Assembly (NCBI RefSeq): GCF_018350175.1
Contig: NC_058368.1
Span: 30,382,001 to 30,446,000 of the forward strand
Length of the DNA stretch: 64,000 nucleotides
Origin: Felis catus
Lineage: Eukaryota
Direction of reading: 5' to 3'
Below the pieces are notes generated by a model. It worked only from the letters and a program-made list of their open reading frames with translations. It was not told where the DNA came from and ran no database searches. The position numbers and the translations under genes are program-made. Positions within the stretch are counted from its first letter, which is position 1; each line of letters begins with the position of its first letter. Positions 24,316 to 36,779 of this stretch are shown here, piece after piece.

Positions 24316-27300
24316 TTCCTAGATCAAGTCGGGAGGAGGGGTGTGATGCTAGGTGTTTTTGCTAACATCTAAGGCGGGACAAATACCTGTACGTGTCGCG
24401 GGACATCGCTGCGTTAGCTTATCCCTATTTATTAATATATGCAAACACCAGTCAGCTCGCTTCTCCTTCCGTGTGATTCAGGAATCTCTTTACTTTTCTG
24501 TAGCAAAGAAACAAAGTGCCGGTTCTCTTCAAGGCTAGGCCTGCTCTATAGGGGATTGGAAACAATTGCAATTGGAAAAGCAAATATTCTCCCTTACCAA
24601 AGTTTTAAGACAGAAAGTGGAGAAATAAAAACTTCATTAGTAGCCAGACCTGAGCCTTGGATGCTCATTGAATTTGAAAGCGCCAAATAGGTGAAAAAAA
24701 ATGAATGCATCAATCTTTCAGAATCAATGCATCTCTCTGCAAATAGAGCTAACTTTCTATTTCAACCCCATTCTCCCTTCATCTACCATAGAGACACCAG
24801 AAATCACATCGTCCCTGAGTTAAATGACATTACAGTGCCAAGCATAGATTCTTGGTGTATAGATTCTTAGCAAAATGACAACCATACTGTGAGCTTTAGA
24901 AAACGTAACATAATGCAACATACGATCCATAGAGAAGCCTCCTAAATAGATGGGAAGCAAGCAGCTGCGAGCTGTCTCTTCCAGCACCTGACCTCCTGAG
25001 ATGCTTAATAAAATAGCCTACAAAGTATTACTCTCTCATCAGTGCCAAGAGGCATTTGTGGAGAGATAAATAAAGCTATTTTCCAAAATGGGGAATATTC
25101 TGGTGTGCCGGTATTGAAATGACAGTTTCTTTATGGGATAGGAGATGGGCAGGAAAACACCAGCCGGGTAGTTGCCCCTGTGCCCACCACCGGTGGAAGG
25201 TCTATAATGAGATTCCAAATTAGATCGCTGAACCTCGGAGACAAGGTGCTTCACATCTGTGAGATGTTCAGCTTGACTTCATAATGAGTTCACTGAGCAG
25301 AATGAACCACACTTGAAATCAAATACTTTGCATTCAGGATGAAATAAGTGGGGATCAATCATAGTCAGGGAAGTAGCATTTGCTCGGAATGTAATGCTAG
25401 ACTGAGCTATAAGAAAAAAAAGGGGAGGGGGGACAGAGGAACATGGAGTGGACAAGAGAGCCCTGGTTCATGGGTGACACTGGTGACAGCAATGTGCCAT
25501 GTTTGTGTTGGGGCAGAGCTGCACCTCTGGAGATGGTGTCTGAAGAAAGCGGGATGTGAGAAGGATGAAGGTTCATGCTATCTGCCCAAACAAATCAGCA
25601 TGCCCAAGAAGCACCCAGACACCGCCATCTTAGGAAGCATTTTCTGAGTGTACTCTTCTCAGAGGCTTTTATCTGGGGACAGCTTTGGGGGACCAAACTG
25701 AGCGGTGTTGGTCACCGAGTTGTTTGGTGTTGCATGCTGGTGAGATTCTAGAGGAAGCCGGGCATAGCCCACCTATGGATGGCGTGACTGAGTGTCAACA
25801 AATGCCTGGGAAAAGCCCTGGAGGTGGCTGAAGGGCTACCCAGGGACACAGAAGCTTCCAGAGGAGCACCTCTCACTGCCCAGGCAGCTCCCTCGCAGAG
25901 CCCCTAAGATGAGTATCTGGAGAAAGCTCTCTGGGCTGGCATAGCCAACACCCCAATAATCCAGAGCCTTTCATCCCAGCCATTCTTCCATGATTAGTAT
26001 ACCTGCCAGGGCCAGGGTTCCCCCAAGGTGGGGGTCGGCTGCCGGAAATAATCAGGGGCGCCCCCAGGTGTGACCCACCTCTCCTTTCTCAGAACCAATA
26101 TCGTTACCTGTTCACTGTCTAGCGGGGAAATGTCACTGGAGGCCTCATTAACAGCAGACAGTACAGAGAGTCATCGTATAACTTCTGGCCTTTCTGCACG
26201 ATTTGAAGCTTATATTACAGGAGGAAGAAAAAGAACAGGTGTCATGACTTGCCTTTTTCTTTTTTCATCCTGCAACTGTCACTCACAGGGTTCCAAACAG
26301 AATGAAAAGTGCCAACAGGAAGCCCAGTGAGTTGCCTGGCCTGGGAGGTTATGCTGGTTTGTTGCAGTCATTGCTTTTACCAGAAAGGACAGTGACCCAA
26401 TGTCCCTCTCTCCTACTTTCTCTTTCAAGATTTTCTTTTGGCTTGACATAGCCTCTTGGCTGCCGAGCTCCATCCAGATCCCAGCAGCCACCTGCTCGGA
26501 TCCATCCTAGACATGGCCCTGCTGCTGGCCTCAGGCTACCTTCTGGAATCCTCCAAAAGTCCTAGGGGAACAAGTAAGTGCATTTCATTCTCTCTGTTCC
26601 TCACCGTGTCTGCTAATGACAGCTTTCTGTTATGGGGGGAGAGAGACTGGCCCATCTGGTGCTCCCTTGCTTCCTAGTAAGATTATAGGAGGAGAGGGGA
26701 GATATTTTGGACAGCAGCCTCTGGCTGCTACTATAGCTCCTTCTCTAGACTCACCCTGCAATGCCAAGCTGTGATTTTCAGCCTGGCAATCGACTGGAAA
26801 TGAGTGAGTGATACGATGGAAGGCTTTCAGGGTCAAAGAAAAGCAAGGTGGGGACATTATATGTATTATGCAGTACCTAATACAATTAAGCAATGCTAAT
26901 GTGTAGACTGCATCTACAGGAAAAAGGTGTTTCCCAAACTGCTCTATCAATGAACTTGTTCTGGGGCATTTCCCAAGACTGTATTCTGGTGGGAACTCGA
27001 AGGGTTAAATGTTGAGAATGATCATTGCTGTGTATTCTGTGTACATACTGAAGTAGGATACTTACAACACCCACCGATAGCCATTGCTATCAAGGAGACA
27101 AGAAGACTATGGTGTCTCATTAAGGCAAGTACAAATTGATCCAGGGTGTTCAAGGTCAAACCATTAAAAGAAGTGCTCTTGTTCTGCTATTTGTCCCCAT
27201 TTCTTTCTTTCTAATGTACTCCTCTCCAATTCGTTGAATCCCACCCCCACGCCCCATTCTTAGACTCTCTTGGGGAAAATTCCATGTACTTTTCTAAGTT

Positions 27301-28713
27301 GAATCTCATTTTGCTATTCTTGTCCATATTCTTGTTCCTAGGGGAAGAGACATGGCTAGAATTCTTGTGTGTATGACTGATAAAACCTTTAGAAAAAAAA
27401 GAGATAATGAGGCAGAGACCAACAGAGACTCAAAGACTCTCCAGCATAGATACAACACAACAGCTCTGTCATCTCAAAAGAAATCTTGTCATTAATATGC
27501 CAGGGATGGGAGTCCTCGTCTGAGTGGTCATGTGGGCGGGCTGCATTTACTGAGTACCTGCGGCGGCGATGCAGACAACTGTCCCAGTCACAGCGGGAAA
27601 TTATGCGGGAGCAAGACACTCTAATAAAACAAGAGGAACACAACAAAAAAAGCGCTGAAAGATACACAGAGAAAAAAATGACTCTCAGAAGCACTTGTGT
27701 CGTCTTGTACATTGTTACCTGAGTGCTAAGGATGGGGCTACAGTGGCAGAAGCAGCTAGAGCCATTGTCTGGGGCAGCCTGAGGGGTGGGGGGAGGTGGC
27801 TCCGCATACCAAGACAAATTTGCATCTGGTGGAGAAGAGACTTAACCAAGATGCTCAGGCGGCCCCCCCAGCAGTGAGGACTTACGGGAAGACCAGAGCA
27901 TTCTTAGCTGGTTCTTGCTCCGGTCCCTCTTGGGTTAGAGCCCCTTCCTACACATGTCCTATCTCAGCTTGCTGTGGGCCTTCTGCTTTGTGAGTGCCAG
28001 GAAACTTGAAGCTTTAGAAACAGAGACTGGCTTCCATTAACACAGATGTGCCACCATGTTCTCCATCGTATGAACTGGTGATGGAATAGAGAATTTGACT
28101 TCCTTTTGCTAACGTAAGTGCCAATAAGATCCGATCAGTTATGTCGATATCCTCTCTGGCTCTTTCACTTTCGCTGGACAGTTCACATGCCATATGGCAG
28201 CTACAAAAAATAGCCCTAGGCAATGAAGCCTTTCAAAGCAACGGTCTTGGATGTTTCCCCACTTTTGCGATGCGCTGGCCATCGTCTTTCGGGCTCTGCA
28301 TGCTGCTTTCATCCATGCTTCTGGCTTCTTTGTCTTTGGCAAACCTTTGGACTCCTCTACGGTAACAGCGCCTTGGTTCTCAGCTCTGTCCCCTTTCCTG
28401 GTTTCTGTGTTGCCAACATATTCAAGGAGGAAGCACCCTCACTGGCTGGAGTGTTCACCTCTCTCTGCCTTTACACACTGCCCTCTTTACTTCTCACCCT
28501 GTACCCCACTACCTTTCCCTTTCCTCTTCCCCTCCACACCACCAGGGGAAGATTTCGATACAGATATCCCAGCGATTAAAATTCTGATACTTGGGCAGGA
28601 AAGAATACTGTTAAAATAACTTCCCAGAAGGGATGGAGTAATTTTTCCAAAGTTAAAATGCTGATAGAATAGGAAGAGCCAGGTCTAGGGGATTTGATTA
28701 CTTTGAATTACTC

Positions 28714-28918
28714 TAGTAGTCCTCAACCCGGGGTATGATTTTTGCCCCCAGCCCAGGATCGTTTGGCAACGTCTGGAGACATTTTGGTTGACACAACTGC
28801 GTTGGAGAGAGGCAGGTGGTTGCTATCTGCTCTAGAAGGTAGGGATGCCCCTTATATCCATCGATGCAGAGGAATTACTGGGGCTAAGATGTCAGGATGC
28901 TCCAGAGGAGAAGACCTG
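28714..28918. mobile_element. MER20-like hAT MITE
   Basis: 'ctcaacccgggg...attttttgcccc' and 'tttggcaacgtctggagacattttggttgacacaact'. Confidence 0.8.
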
Positions 28919-29087
28919 AATTACCCTAACTGTAACAAAGTTGTGCTGTTTACATTTGGTAATTTAGTTCACCTGGGCAGAAAAAAGATCCGTTTTCCTT
29001 AGCTGGACAAACCAGTGCAATTTTCTTTGGAAGAAATTCTTATTCTTGTCTCCTCCCCTTACTCAGTTTCCAAGAAAGGATCTATAC

Positions 29088-29538
29088 CAGGGACTGGCAA
29101 ACTTTCTCTGTGCCAGGTAGTAAATGTTTTAGGCTCTGTGGTTCCAAGAGGCAAAACTGAAGCTATTTATACAACAAGGGAGAGAATCCCTGCCCTTTGC
29201 CTTGATTGGGTGGTTCCAGCAACCCAGTTGCTATTTGCTGGTGGAAGACCATCTGGCTCAAGGGGTGGGGCCTGGTGGTGAGGCGACTCTTGGACAGAGA
29301 TTCCAACACCCAGTGCTAATAGCAAAGTCCCTCAAATTCAAGGGGCATCAAGAGCTGGCCTTGGGCAGTAGCAAGCGTCAGCTGCTGGCTGGGGAGGCAG
29401 GTGCTGGGAGTGGAGTGTGGGGCACAGGGTGGATGCCTGGGCTTGGTCTCTGCAACTTTGGTGCCGGCCAGCTCAAGTGCCCCCAGGCTATAGAGAAACA
29501 GAAAGATACGGCCTACAAGCTGTAGTTTGTTAGCCCTG
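29088..29538. mobile_element. MER58-family hAT element
   Basis: Termini 'cagggactggcaaactttctctg' and 'ctgtagtttgttagccctg'. Confidence 0.7.
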
Positions 29539-30154
29539 ACCTAGATCATTCTGGATTTTGTATTTCAACATCTTCATCTTTCTCTGAGAGACTTCTTTTG
29601 TCTCAATCTGAAGAGAATTTCCCAATGTTTCTCACGTTTTGGGTAACAACAGAACTTAACTATGGAGCAAAATCATATATAAGGATCATTTTCCCTAAAT
29701 GAGGTCAGTCCTATTCAGCTCTGCCACGTAAAGCTTTGGGTTGCTAGACTTTAGGGGAACATATTGGATCCAGTAAGATATCTGTATCCAGATTACCTAG
29801 CACTTAAAAAAAATGAGACTAGAAGGCATAAACTCCTCTCTATTCCCCAAACCTGTAAACTTTAGCTCAAAATATTGGTCTGATTTTATTGGCATAATAG
29901 TAACAAGAGTTAGTCTAAGTAAGTTACATATTTCATATATTTTATATGAAAGAAAGAGAAGTAATTATTAGAAAACAATAAAAACCATAAGCACTTCCTT
30001 TTCTCCATTCTTGGAGAAAGAAGTACGTTTGCCTTTGTATGTTACTTTTTCAAGCTTCTTCCTCTATCCTTGTCCTTGATCCAAGTTTTCTCTCCTTGAA
30101 AATAAACCTTTTAACAATCTTTGCTGTTATATCCACTAACATTTTCAAGGAAGT

Positions 30155-30297
30155 ACCATTCTAAATGGTGAATACTTTAGAAGCATTTTCATTATATTTG
30201 CAAACAACGCACTAAAGCTTGCTGTCTCTGCTGTGTAATAGTAGTGGAGATCCCAGCAAGTGTAATAAGACAAGAAAAAAAAAAGAAATTATCTGTT
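30155..30297 (+). mobile_element. Old L1 ORF2 (RT region) fragment
   Basis: 'aatggtgaatactttagaagcattttc' and 'gcaagtgtaataagacaagaaaaa' resemble L1M ORF2. Confidence 0.55.
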
Positions 30298-30389
30298 TGG
30301 TAGTGTACCTTCTGCTCATCCTGAACTGGTGCATTTTCATGCTTATATTTTCAGTGTTTTAACTTTTTATTGCATTTTCTTCCCTTAGG

Positions 30390-31310
30390 TGGACTAAATG
30401 TCTCCAGTGGCTTTAGCTATAGGATATAAATTAAGTGTCCAAATCTGTGTTGGAAATTCAGACTTTTCTCCTGAATCATGCTCTTAATATCTAACTCTTC
30501 ATTAGAAAGTACCACCTGTATACCCCAGAGACATCTGAGAGTTGATATATCCAATATATTCAACACTGAAATCATTATCTTCCCCTGTAAAACTGCTCTT
30601 TCTCTATTTACAGGGTTTATTCATACAAAAATGTCAATAGCATTTCGATTGAGAAACCTCCATTTTTTCCCCCTGTATTTCCTATCATGGGAACAGGGCC
30701 AGCCTTCACTCATCCCACAATCCTAAATTCCGGGAGTCATTCCACACTCATCAGTCCATAGACAACTGTGCACCAAGATTCTCTTTCCTCACTATTTTGT
30801 CATTTGTGTTCTCACTTTTCCTGTTCCACTACTGTTGCCTTAAATTAGGCTTCCATCACATTTCTCCATAACTGTTGTAATAATATATTAATTAGCCTCC
30901 TTATTGAAATTCTTACATTCCTCCACAATACTGCAATTATAGGGACCTGTTGAAAATGAAAGTCTAGGGGCGCCTGGGTGGCGCAGTCGGTTAAGCGTCC
31001 AACTTCAGCCAGGTCATGATCTCGCGGTCCGTGAGTTCGAGCCCCGCGTCGGGCTCTGGGCTGATGGCTCGGAGCCTGGAGCCTGTTTCCGATTCTGTGT
31101 CTCCCTCTCTCTCTGCCCCTCCCCCGTTCATGCTCTGTCTCTCTCTGTCCCAAAAATAAATAAAAAACGTTGAAAAAAAATTAAAAAAAAAAAAAGAAAA
31201 TGAAAGTCTAATCATGTTATTTCCTGACTTAAACTTTTCTTGAGTTCTCAAAGCCTTTACAGTTAAAGCAGAAACTATTTAGCATATATACAAGGTCTTT
31301 CATTTTCTAG
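30390..31310 (+). mobile_element. L2 LINE fragment hosting a young SINE
   Basis: 'tccaaatctgt...cagacttttctcctgaa' and 'aatcatgttatttcctgacttaaac'. Confidence 0.65.
30967..31195 (+). mobile_element. Young Can-SINE (SINEC_Fc)
   Basis: CpGs intact ('gcgcagtcggttaagcg', 'ctcgcggtccgtgagttcgagccccgcgtcggg'), long A tail, perfect 15-bp TSD gaaaatgaaagtcta. Confidence 0.97.
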
Positions 31311-31497
31311 TCCAATACTACTAACAGTATTCATTTATTCTTTGCATATATTACATTTACTTAATATTATATGCCAGGCATATGCATTTACCTATATTTA
31401 ATTTAATCTAAAAAAAACACACCTAAAATGAAGATATTTTTTTACTCCTTCCATTTACAGTCAAGGAAAAGCACAAGCCTTTAAAGAATTTATCCAA

Positions 31498-31727
31498 GGG
31501 GTGGCTGGGTGGCTCAGTCAGTTAAGTGTCTGACTCTTGATTGATTTCAGCTCAGGTCATGATCTCACGCTTCATGAGTCTGAGCTCTGCATCAGGCTCT
31601 GTTCTGACAGTGTGGAGCCTGCTTGGGATCCTCTCTCTCTCCTTCTCTCTTTCTGTTCCTCCCCTGCTTGTGTTCTCTCTCCCCCCAGCCCATCTCTCTC
31701 AAAATAAATAAATAAACTAAAAAAAAA
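31498..31727 (+). mobile_element. Can-SINE inserted in a MIR
   Basis: Canonical body; TSD-like aaagaat(t)tatccaa. Confidence 0.93.
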
Positions 31728-31959
31728 AAGAATTATCCAAGATCACAGAGCTGGAAAGCTGCATGTTTGTAATTTGAACCTGAATGGCCTGATTACAGAG
31801 CACAGAATACCCCTGCCCCCCTTTCCCACTCAAGAGAATGCAGATGCTCAGGAGTACCCCCTTTTCCTCCTGTTTCTTCTTTGGGACCTGGCCACACAAA
31901 GTCAGCTTAGTGTTTGTTTTATGGCACATTCTTAACATTGCCATGCACGGATAATTCAT

Positions 31960-32470
31960 TATTTTTAATAATGTTATAACATCCTCAAATGCCGTCTAAA
32001 ACATGACTTAAGACCTTGACAATAATCTAAGCCTAAAAATATGATTCATCCTTTTATTTCCCTTCCCTGTGTCTCTGAAATTACCATCCTTCATAATCTT
32101 TTGTTTTTGTGTACATTTATTGCTATCATATGTATTTCTAGAAAGTATATATTTTGATTTCAGATGATTTCACTTCAAAAAGCTATCATAATGCACATAA
32201 TCTTTTGGGACACATTGCTGCTAAGACTAACCTATATTACTGTACTCTGACCACTATATTAGAAAATGTTTTGTGATATACCAACTTTGATTTATCCACT
32301 CTTTAGTGGATGGGCACTGGCTTATATCCAGGACCTTGGTTTGAATGGTAGGGCCATGCACATTCTTGTACAAAATTCTTCCTCTTATAGAGCTAATGGG
32401 GAAGACAGAAAAATACAGAGAAGTAAATAAATACATAAGAAAGGTATAATGTATCTTTTTCCCTTTCTCA
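31960..32470 (-). mobile_element. Old L1M 3' fragment
   Basis: 'ttgatttatccactctttagtggatgggcactgg'; the reverse reads as an ORF2 C-terminal-like 'CPSTKEWINQSWYI'. Confidence 0.6.
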
Positions 32471-33539
32471 CTTTATAGTTAATGCTACAGCAATTCTAAA
32501 CTACTGGCACCCAACGGTTTGATTCCTCCAAATTTTTGCTCATATTGTTTGATCTGCACAAAGTATCTTTTGAGCCCTGGTGGTTTCTATGTAACTTTTA
32601 TTTCCTTTTGTCTTTCAAGATTCAACTTAGAACCTCTGTTATGAAGCTTTCAGTGATACCTCCCTGACTAAGGTAAGGGCCCCTCTTTGTACTCATATAG
32701 CTCCTTATCATACCTTTATCACATCTTTTTCACTTTCTCTGTCCTCTAGAGTACAAACCCAAATCTTATTATCTTTAAACAGGTCTAGTGACCAGTGTGA
32801 TGGCAGCAGATGAAAGGTGTTCAATAGATGATTATCAGGAAAAAAAAAAGATGAAATAGTTCTCAAAATCCTAGGACAATATCTTCTGTAGGAATTCACA
32901 CTTGGGATTTTAAGAAAGAGGGTTAGTTCTGCATATGAGGGTTGCAAGAGGTAGTCACGATGAGTATATCTCTTCACTCATGAAAAGCAAATGTAGTCTG
33001 GTCATGCCCTTACTCCAGGGAATGAGACAGCCTTATCATTAATTAATTCAAGAGACATTTCGTCAAAAGTGATCCTATTCCTTTTGTATAAGAGATCAAA
33101 AATGGATTTAGAAGAGAAATTTCAATAAAGTGGTTTGGAAAGCAATGTAATTTAGCAGAAAAAGCAATGTCCTAGAAATGAGAAGACCTTGGTGGTGTGA
33201 TAGGTAGAGGGCATTGGGCTTATGGAATGGGAAAGAGAAAAAAAAAATCTAAATCCTAGAGAATATGATTGAAAGGTCTGGAGAATAGATATTCTAAAGC
33301 CACCCTTTCCATTCACAGAGATTTTTCTTATTTAGGAGAGTGTCCTCCTTAGAGATTTAAACTTTAACCTGGCTTAAAGTTAAGACAAATCAATACTTCT
33401 AATTTTTTTTTTTTGTTCTCTATTCATAAATGAAGATACAGGTTATACCTCTCTTGTCCGGATTTGTTGTTCTCATTGTAAATGAAACTTTTCATTGTTA
33501 AAGTGCCTATGGGCCTTCCCTCCACCTTCTTTCATCCTT

Positions 33540-33744
33540 TTTTTAAAAATGTTTATTTATTTCTGAGACTGAGACAGAGCATGAGTGAGGGAGGGGCAGA
33601 GAGAGAGGGAGACAGAATCAGAAGCAGGCTCCAGGCTATGAGCTGTCAGTGCAGAGCCCGATGCGGGGCTCAAACTCGTGAACTGTGAGATCATGACCTG
33701 AGTCAAAGTCGGTCGCCCAACCAACTGAGCCACCCAGGTGCCCC
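33540..33744 (-). mobile_element. Can-SINE (SINEC_Fc type)
   Basis: TSD accttctttcatcctt at 33524 and 33746. Confidence 0.95.
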
Positions 33745-34027
33745 AACCTTCTTTCATCCTTAATTTTTAACCTGGAAATAGAAGGTTATGTCAGAGAAGA
33801 CTATCTTGATTTGCTAGCAAAGTAATAAGAATTAAAGAACAGTCTTTTGAGAGCTGAAAGTGGTGTCCCAGAGCCAGGAAGATGAGGAAAAGAGAAGAAA
33901 TATAAGGGAATTCTGCAGAAAGAGTGGGCCAGAATGAAAATAGATGGGCAGTAAGACATTTCTATAAGGTTTATGATCAGAAATTAAACACGAAACACAC
34001 ACAACAGCATGTGTCAAGGGAAGCAAA

Positions 34028-34173
34028 ATGAATGATCCATTAATTCTACTACTGGTTATTTACCCAAAGAATATGAAAGCACTAATTCAAAAGGATATGT
34101 GCACCCCTATGTTTATTGCAGCATTATTTACATTAGTCAAAAAATGGAGGCAGTCTAACTGTCCCCTGCTAGG

Positions 34174-34215
<42 letters not shown>

Positions 34216-34745
34216 TATTACCCAGCCATAAAAAGGATGAGATCTTGCCATTTGTGGTAACATGGATGGACCTAGAAAGCATTATGTTAAGTGAAATAAG
34301 TCACACTGAGAAAGACAAATACCATATGCTTTCACTCATCTATGGAATAAAAAACAAAAGAAATTAATAAGTAAAAAACAAAAAGCAGAATCAGACCTAT
34401 AAATACAAAGAACAATCTGGCGTTTACCAGAGGGAGGCGGGGTGAAGGTATGGGCAAGATGAACGAAGAGGAGTAGGAGATACAGGCTTCCAGTTGTGGA
34501 ATGAGTAAGTCACTGGGATGGAGAGTACAGCATAGGGAATATAGTCAATGGTATTATAATAGTATTTTGTGGTAACAGATAGCAGCCACACTTGTGGTGA
34601 GCATCCCATAATGTAAAGAAAGAGATGTTGAATTGTTCCGTTGTATACCCAAAACTAATGTAACATCGTGTGTCAACTATACTTAAGTAAAAACATAAAA
34701 ATAAATAACACAAGAAACAGAAAACCAAAGAAAAAATTTAAAATG
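34028..34745 (+). mobile_element. Carnivore-age L1 (L1_Carn/L1MA-like) 3' end
   Basis: Translation '[33 protein letters not shown]' is the ORF2p C-terminus; followed by 3'UTR and A-rich tail. Confidence 0.9.
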
Positions 34746-35099
34746 TGGAAGAAAAAGAAACTAGAGAGAGTTCAGGGAAGAGAAATGGAAGCAATGAGCA
34801 GGGTATGGCCTCCTTGGATCTCTGCTGTCATTGGCCTGCATGAGACTGGAGCTGTTTTATGTACACGTTAAAAGAAAAGGTCTTCCAGGATGACGAGCAT
34901 TCTTGCAGATGAGGGGTTACATTTAGACTTGTAGCAGGCATTCGTGACTGCATGTACTTAATGAGTTGGGTGTTGCTCATAATACTAAATAATACTAGGA
35001 TGTTTCCATTTGCAAGTGTGAGCATAGTGTGTGAAAGCATGAAAGGTTTAGTGGTATCAGCATCACACAGATTTCCTTTTCTTTAAAAAATAGTACGTG

Positions 35100-36159
35100 T
35101 TTCATCCCCAAAGGCAAGGGAATTAAAAGCAAAAATGAATTACTGGGACCTTATGAAGATTAAAAGCTTCTGCACAGCAAAGGAAACAACCAACAAAACT
35201 AAAAGGCAACCAATGGAATGGGAAAAGATATTTGCAAATGACATATCGGACAAAGGGCTAGTATCCAAAATCTATAAAGAGCTCACCAAACTCCACACCC
35301 GAAAAACAAATAACCCAGTGAAGAAATGGGAAGAAAACATGAATAGACACTTCTCTAAAGAAGACATCCGGATGGCCAACAGGCACATGAAAAGATGCTC
35401 AACGTCGCTCCTCATCAGGGAAATACAAATCAAAACCACACTCAGGTATCACCTTACACCAGTCAGAGTGGCCAAAATGAACAAATCAGGAGACTCTAGA
35501 TGCTGGAGAGGATGTGGAGAAACGGGAACCCTCTTGCACTGTTGGTGGGAATGCAAACTGGTGCAGCCACTCTGGAAAACAGTGTGGAGGTTCCTCAGAA
35601 AATTAAAAATAGACCTACCCTATGACCCAGCAATAGCACTGCTAGGAATTTACCCAAGGGATACAGGAGTGCTGATGCATAGGGGCACTTGTACCCCAAT
35701 GTTTATAGCAGCATTCTCCACAATAGCCAAATTGTGGAAAGAGCCTAAATGTCCATCAACTGATGAATGGATAAAGAAATTGTGGTTTATATACACAATG
35801 GAATACTACGTGGCAATGAGAAAGAATGAAATATGGCCCTTTGTAGCAACGTGGATGGAACTGGAGAGTGTGATGCTAAGTGAAATAAGCCATACAGAGA
35901 AAGACAGATACCATATGTTTTCACTCTTATGCGGATCCTGAGAAACTTAACAGAAGACCATGGGGGAGGGGAAGAGAAAAAAAAAAGAAAGGGAGGGAGG
36001 CAAACCATAAGAGACTGTTAAAAACTGAGAACAAACTGAGGGTTGATGGGGGGTGGGAGGGAGGGGAGGGTGGGTGATGGGTATTGAGGAGGGCACCTTT
36101 TGGGATGAGCACTGGGTGTTGTATGGAAACCAATTTGACAATAAATTTCATATATTGAA
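35100..36159 (+). mobile_element. 5'-truncated young felid L1 (L1_Fc-like)
   Basis: ORF2 end, G-rich 3'UTR, AATAAA and A tail; TSD aaaaaatagta(c/t)gtg at 35085 and 36160. Confidence 0.97.
35135..35941 (+). pseudogene. LINE-1 ORF2p C-terminal 268 aa (no endonuclease or RT domain)
   Basis: Uninterrupted ORF with 'KSFCTAKET', the CCHC region '[26 protein letters not shown]' and 'YTMEYY'. Confidence 0.95.
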
Positions 36160-36346
36160 AAAAAATAGTATGTGATTTTTTCTGATTCTTTTAGAAATAT
36201 ATTTGAAGGTATTAGATAGAGTTTAGGGGGTGTGACCAGGAAGGCTCTCTAATCAAATGACAAGTTTAATGGAATATATGTGATCTTTTCTTAAAAGATC
36301 ATACATACCCAGACAAAAGAAAAGTGTCAATTGAACTTTTCTGTTT

Positions 36347-36779
36347 ATATCAGTGAGGATAATTAGGCTGCGTGTGACCGCCGTCTTCAAACAACAACAG
36401 TTGAATTAGTATAGCGATTGACTTTTCTCTCCCAGAAATGAAGGCAGAAACAAGCAGCCAAGGGATGATATAGTGCCCCAATTGGTTCATCAGAGATCTA
36501 GTTTCTTTCTGTGTGCTTGCCTCATTATTACCAATATATGTCTTCTACTTCATGATTCAGCTGCTTATGATCCAGCTGCTGGGTTCTCATTTCAGGGTAT
36601 GTGAAGAGGAGAGAGAAAAGGGGCTTTCCCCTTTAAGAATCCTCCTGGAATTTTTACCTTTCATTTCTTCTTACATTCCATGTAATAGGATATAGGCTGG
36701 GAAATTTTCCTTTACTCTGGGAAGCCATGTGCCCAGCTTAAAGTCAGAGATTTGGGGAAAATGTAGAGTATCTGCCATC
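36347..36779 (-). mobile_element. Old MaLR LTR (MLT1J/K-like)
   Basis: 'tcagtgaggataattaggctgcgtgtgac' and 'ggctgggaaattttcctttactctgg...gtgcccagct'. Confidence 0.45.

Noticed and set aside
27486..27722. 78-aa charged, coiled-coil-looking plus-strand ORF
   Set aside because: Non-ATG start and no homology recognised; its K/E richness mirrors the minus-strand pyrimidine tract
28030..28119. Perfect Kozak GCCACCATG and a nearby GTAAGT donor
   Set aside because: The ORF is only 5 codons (MFSIV*), the acceptor is weak, and all frames close
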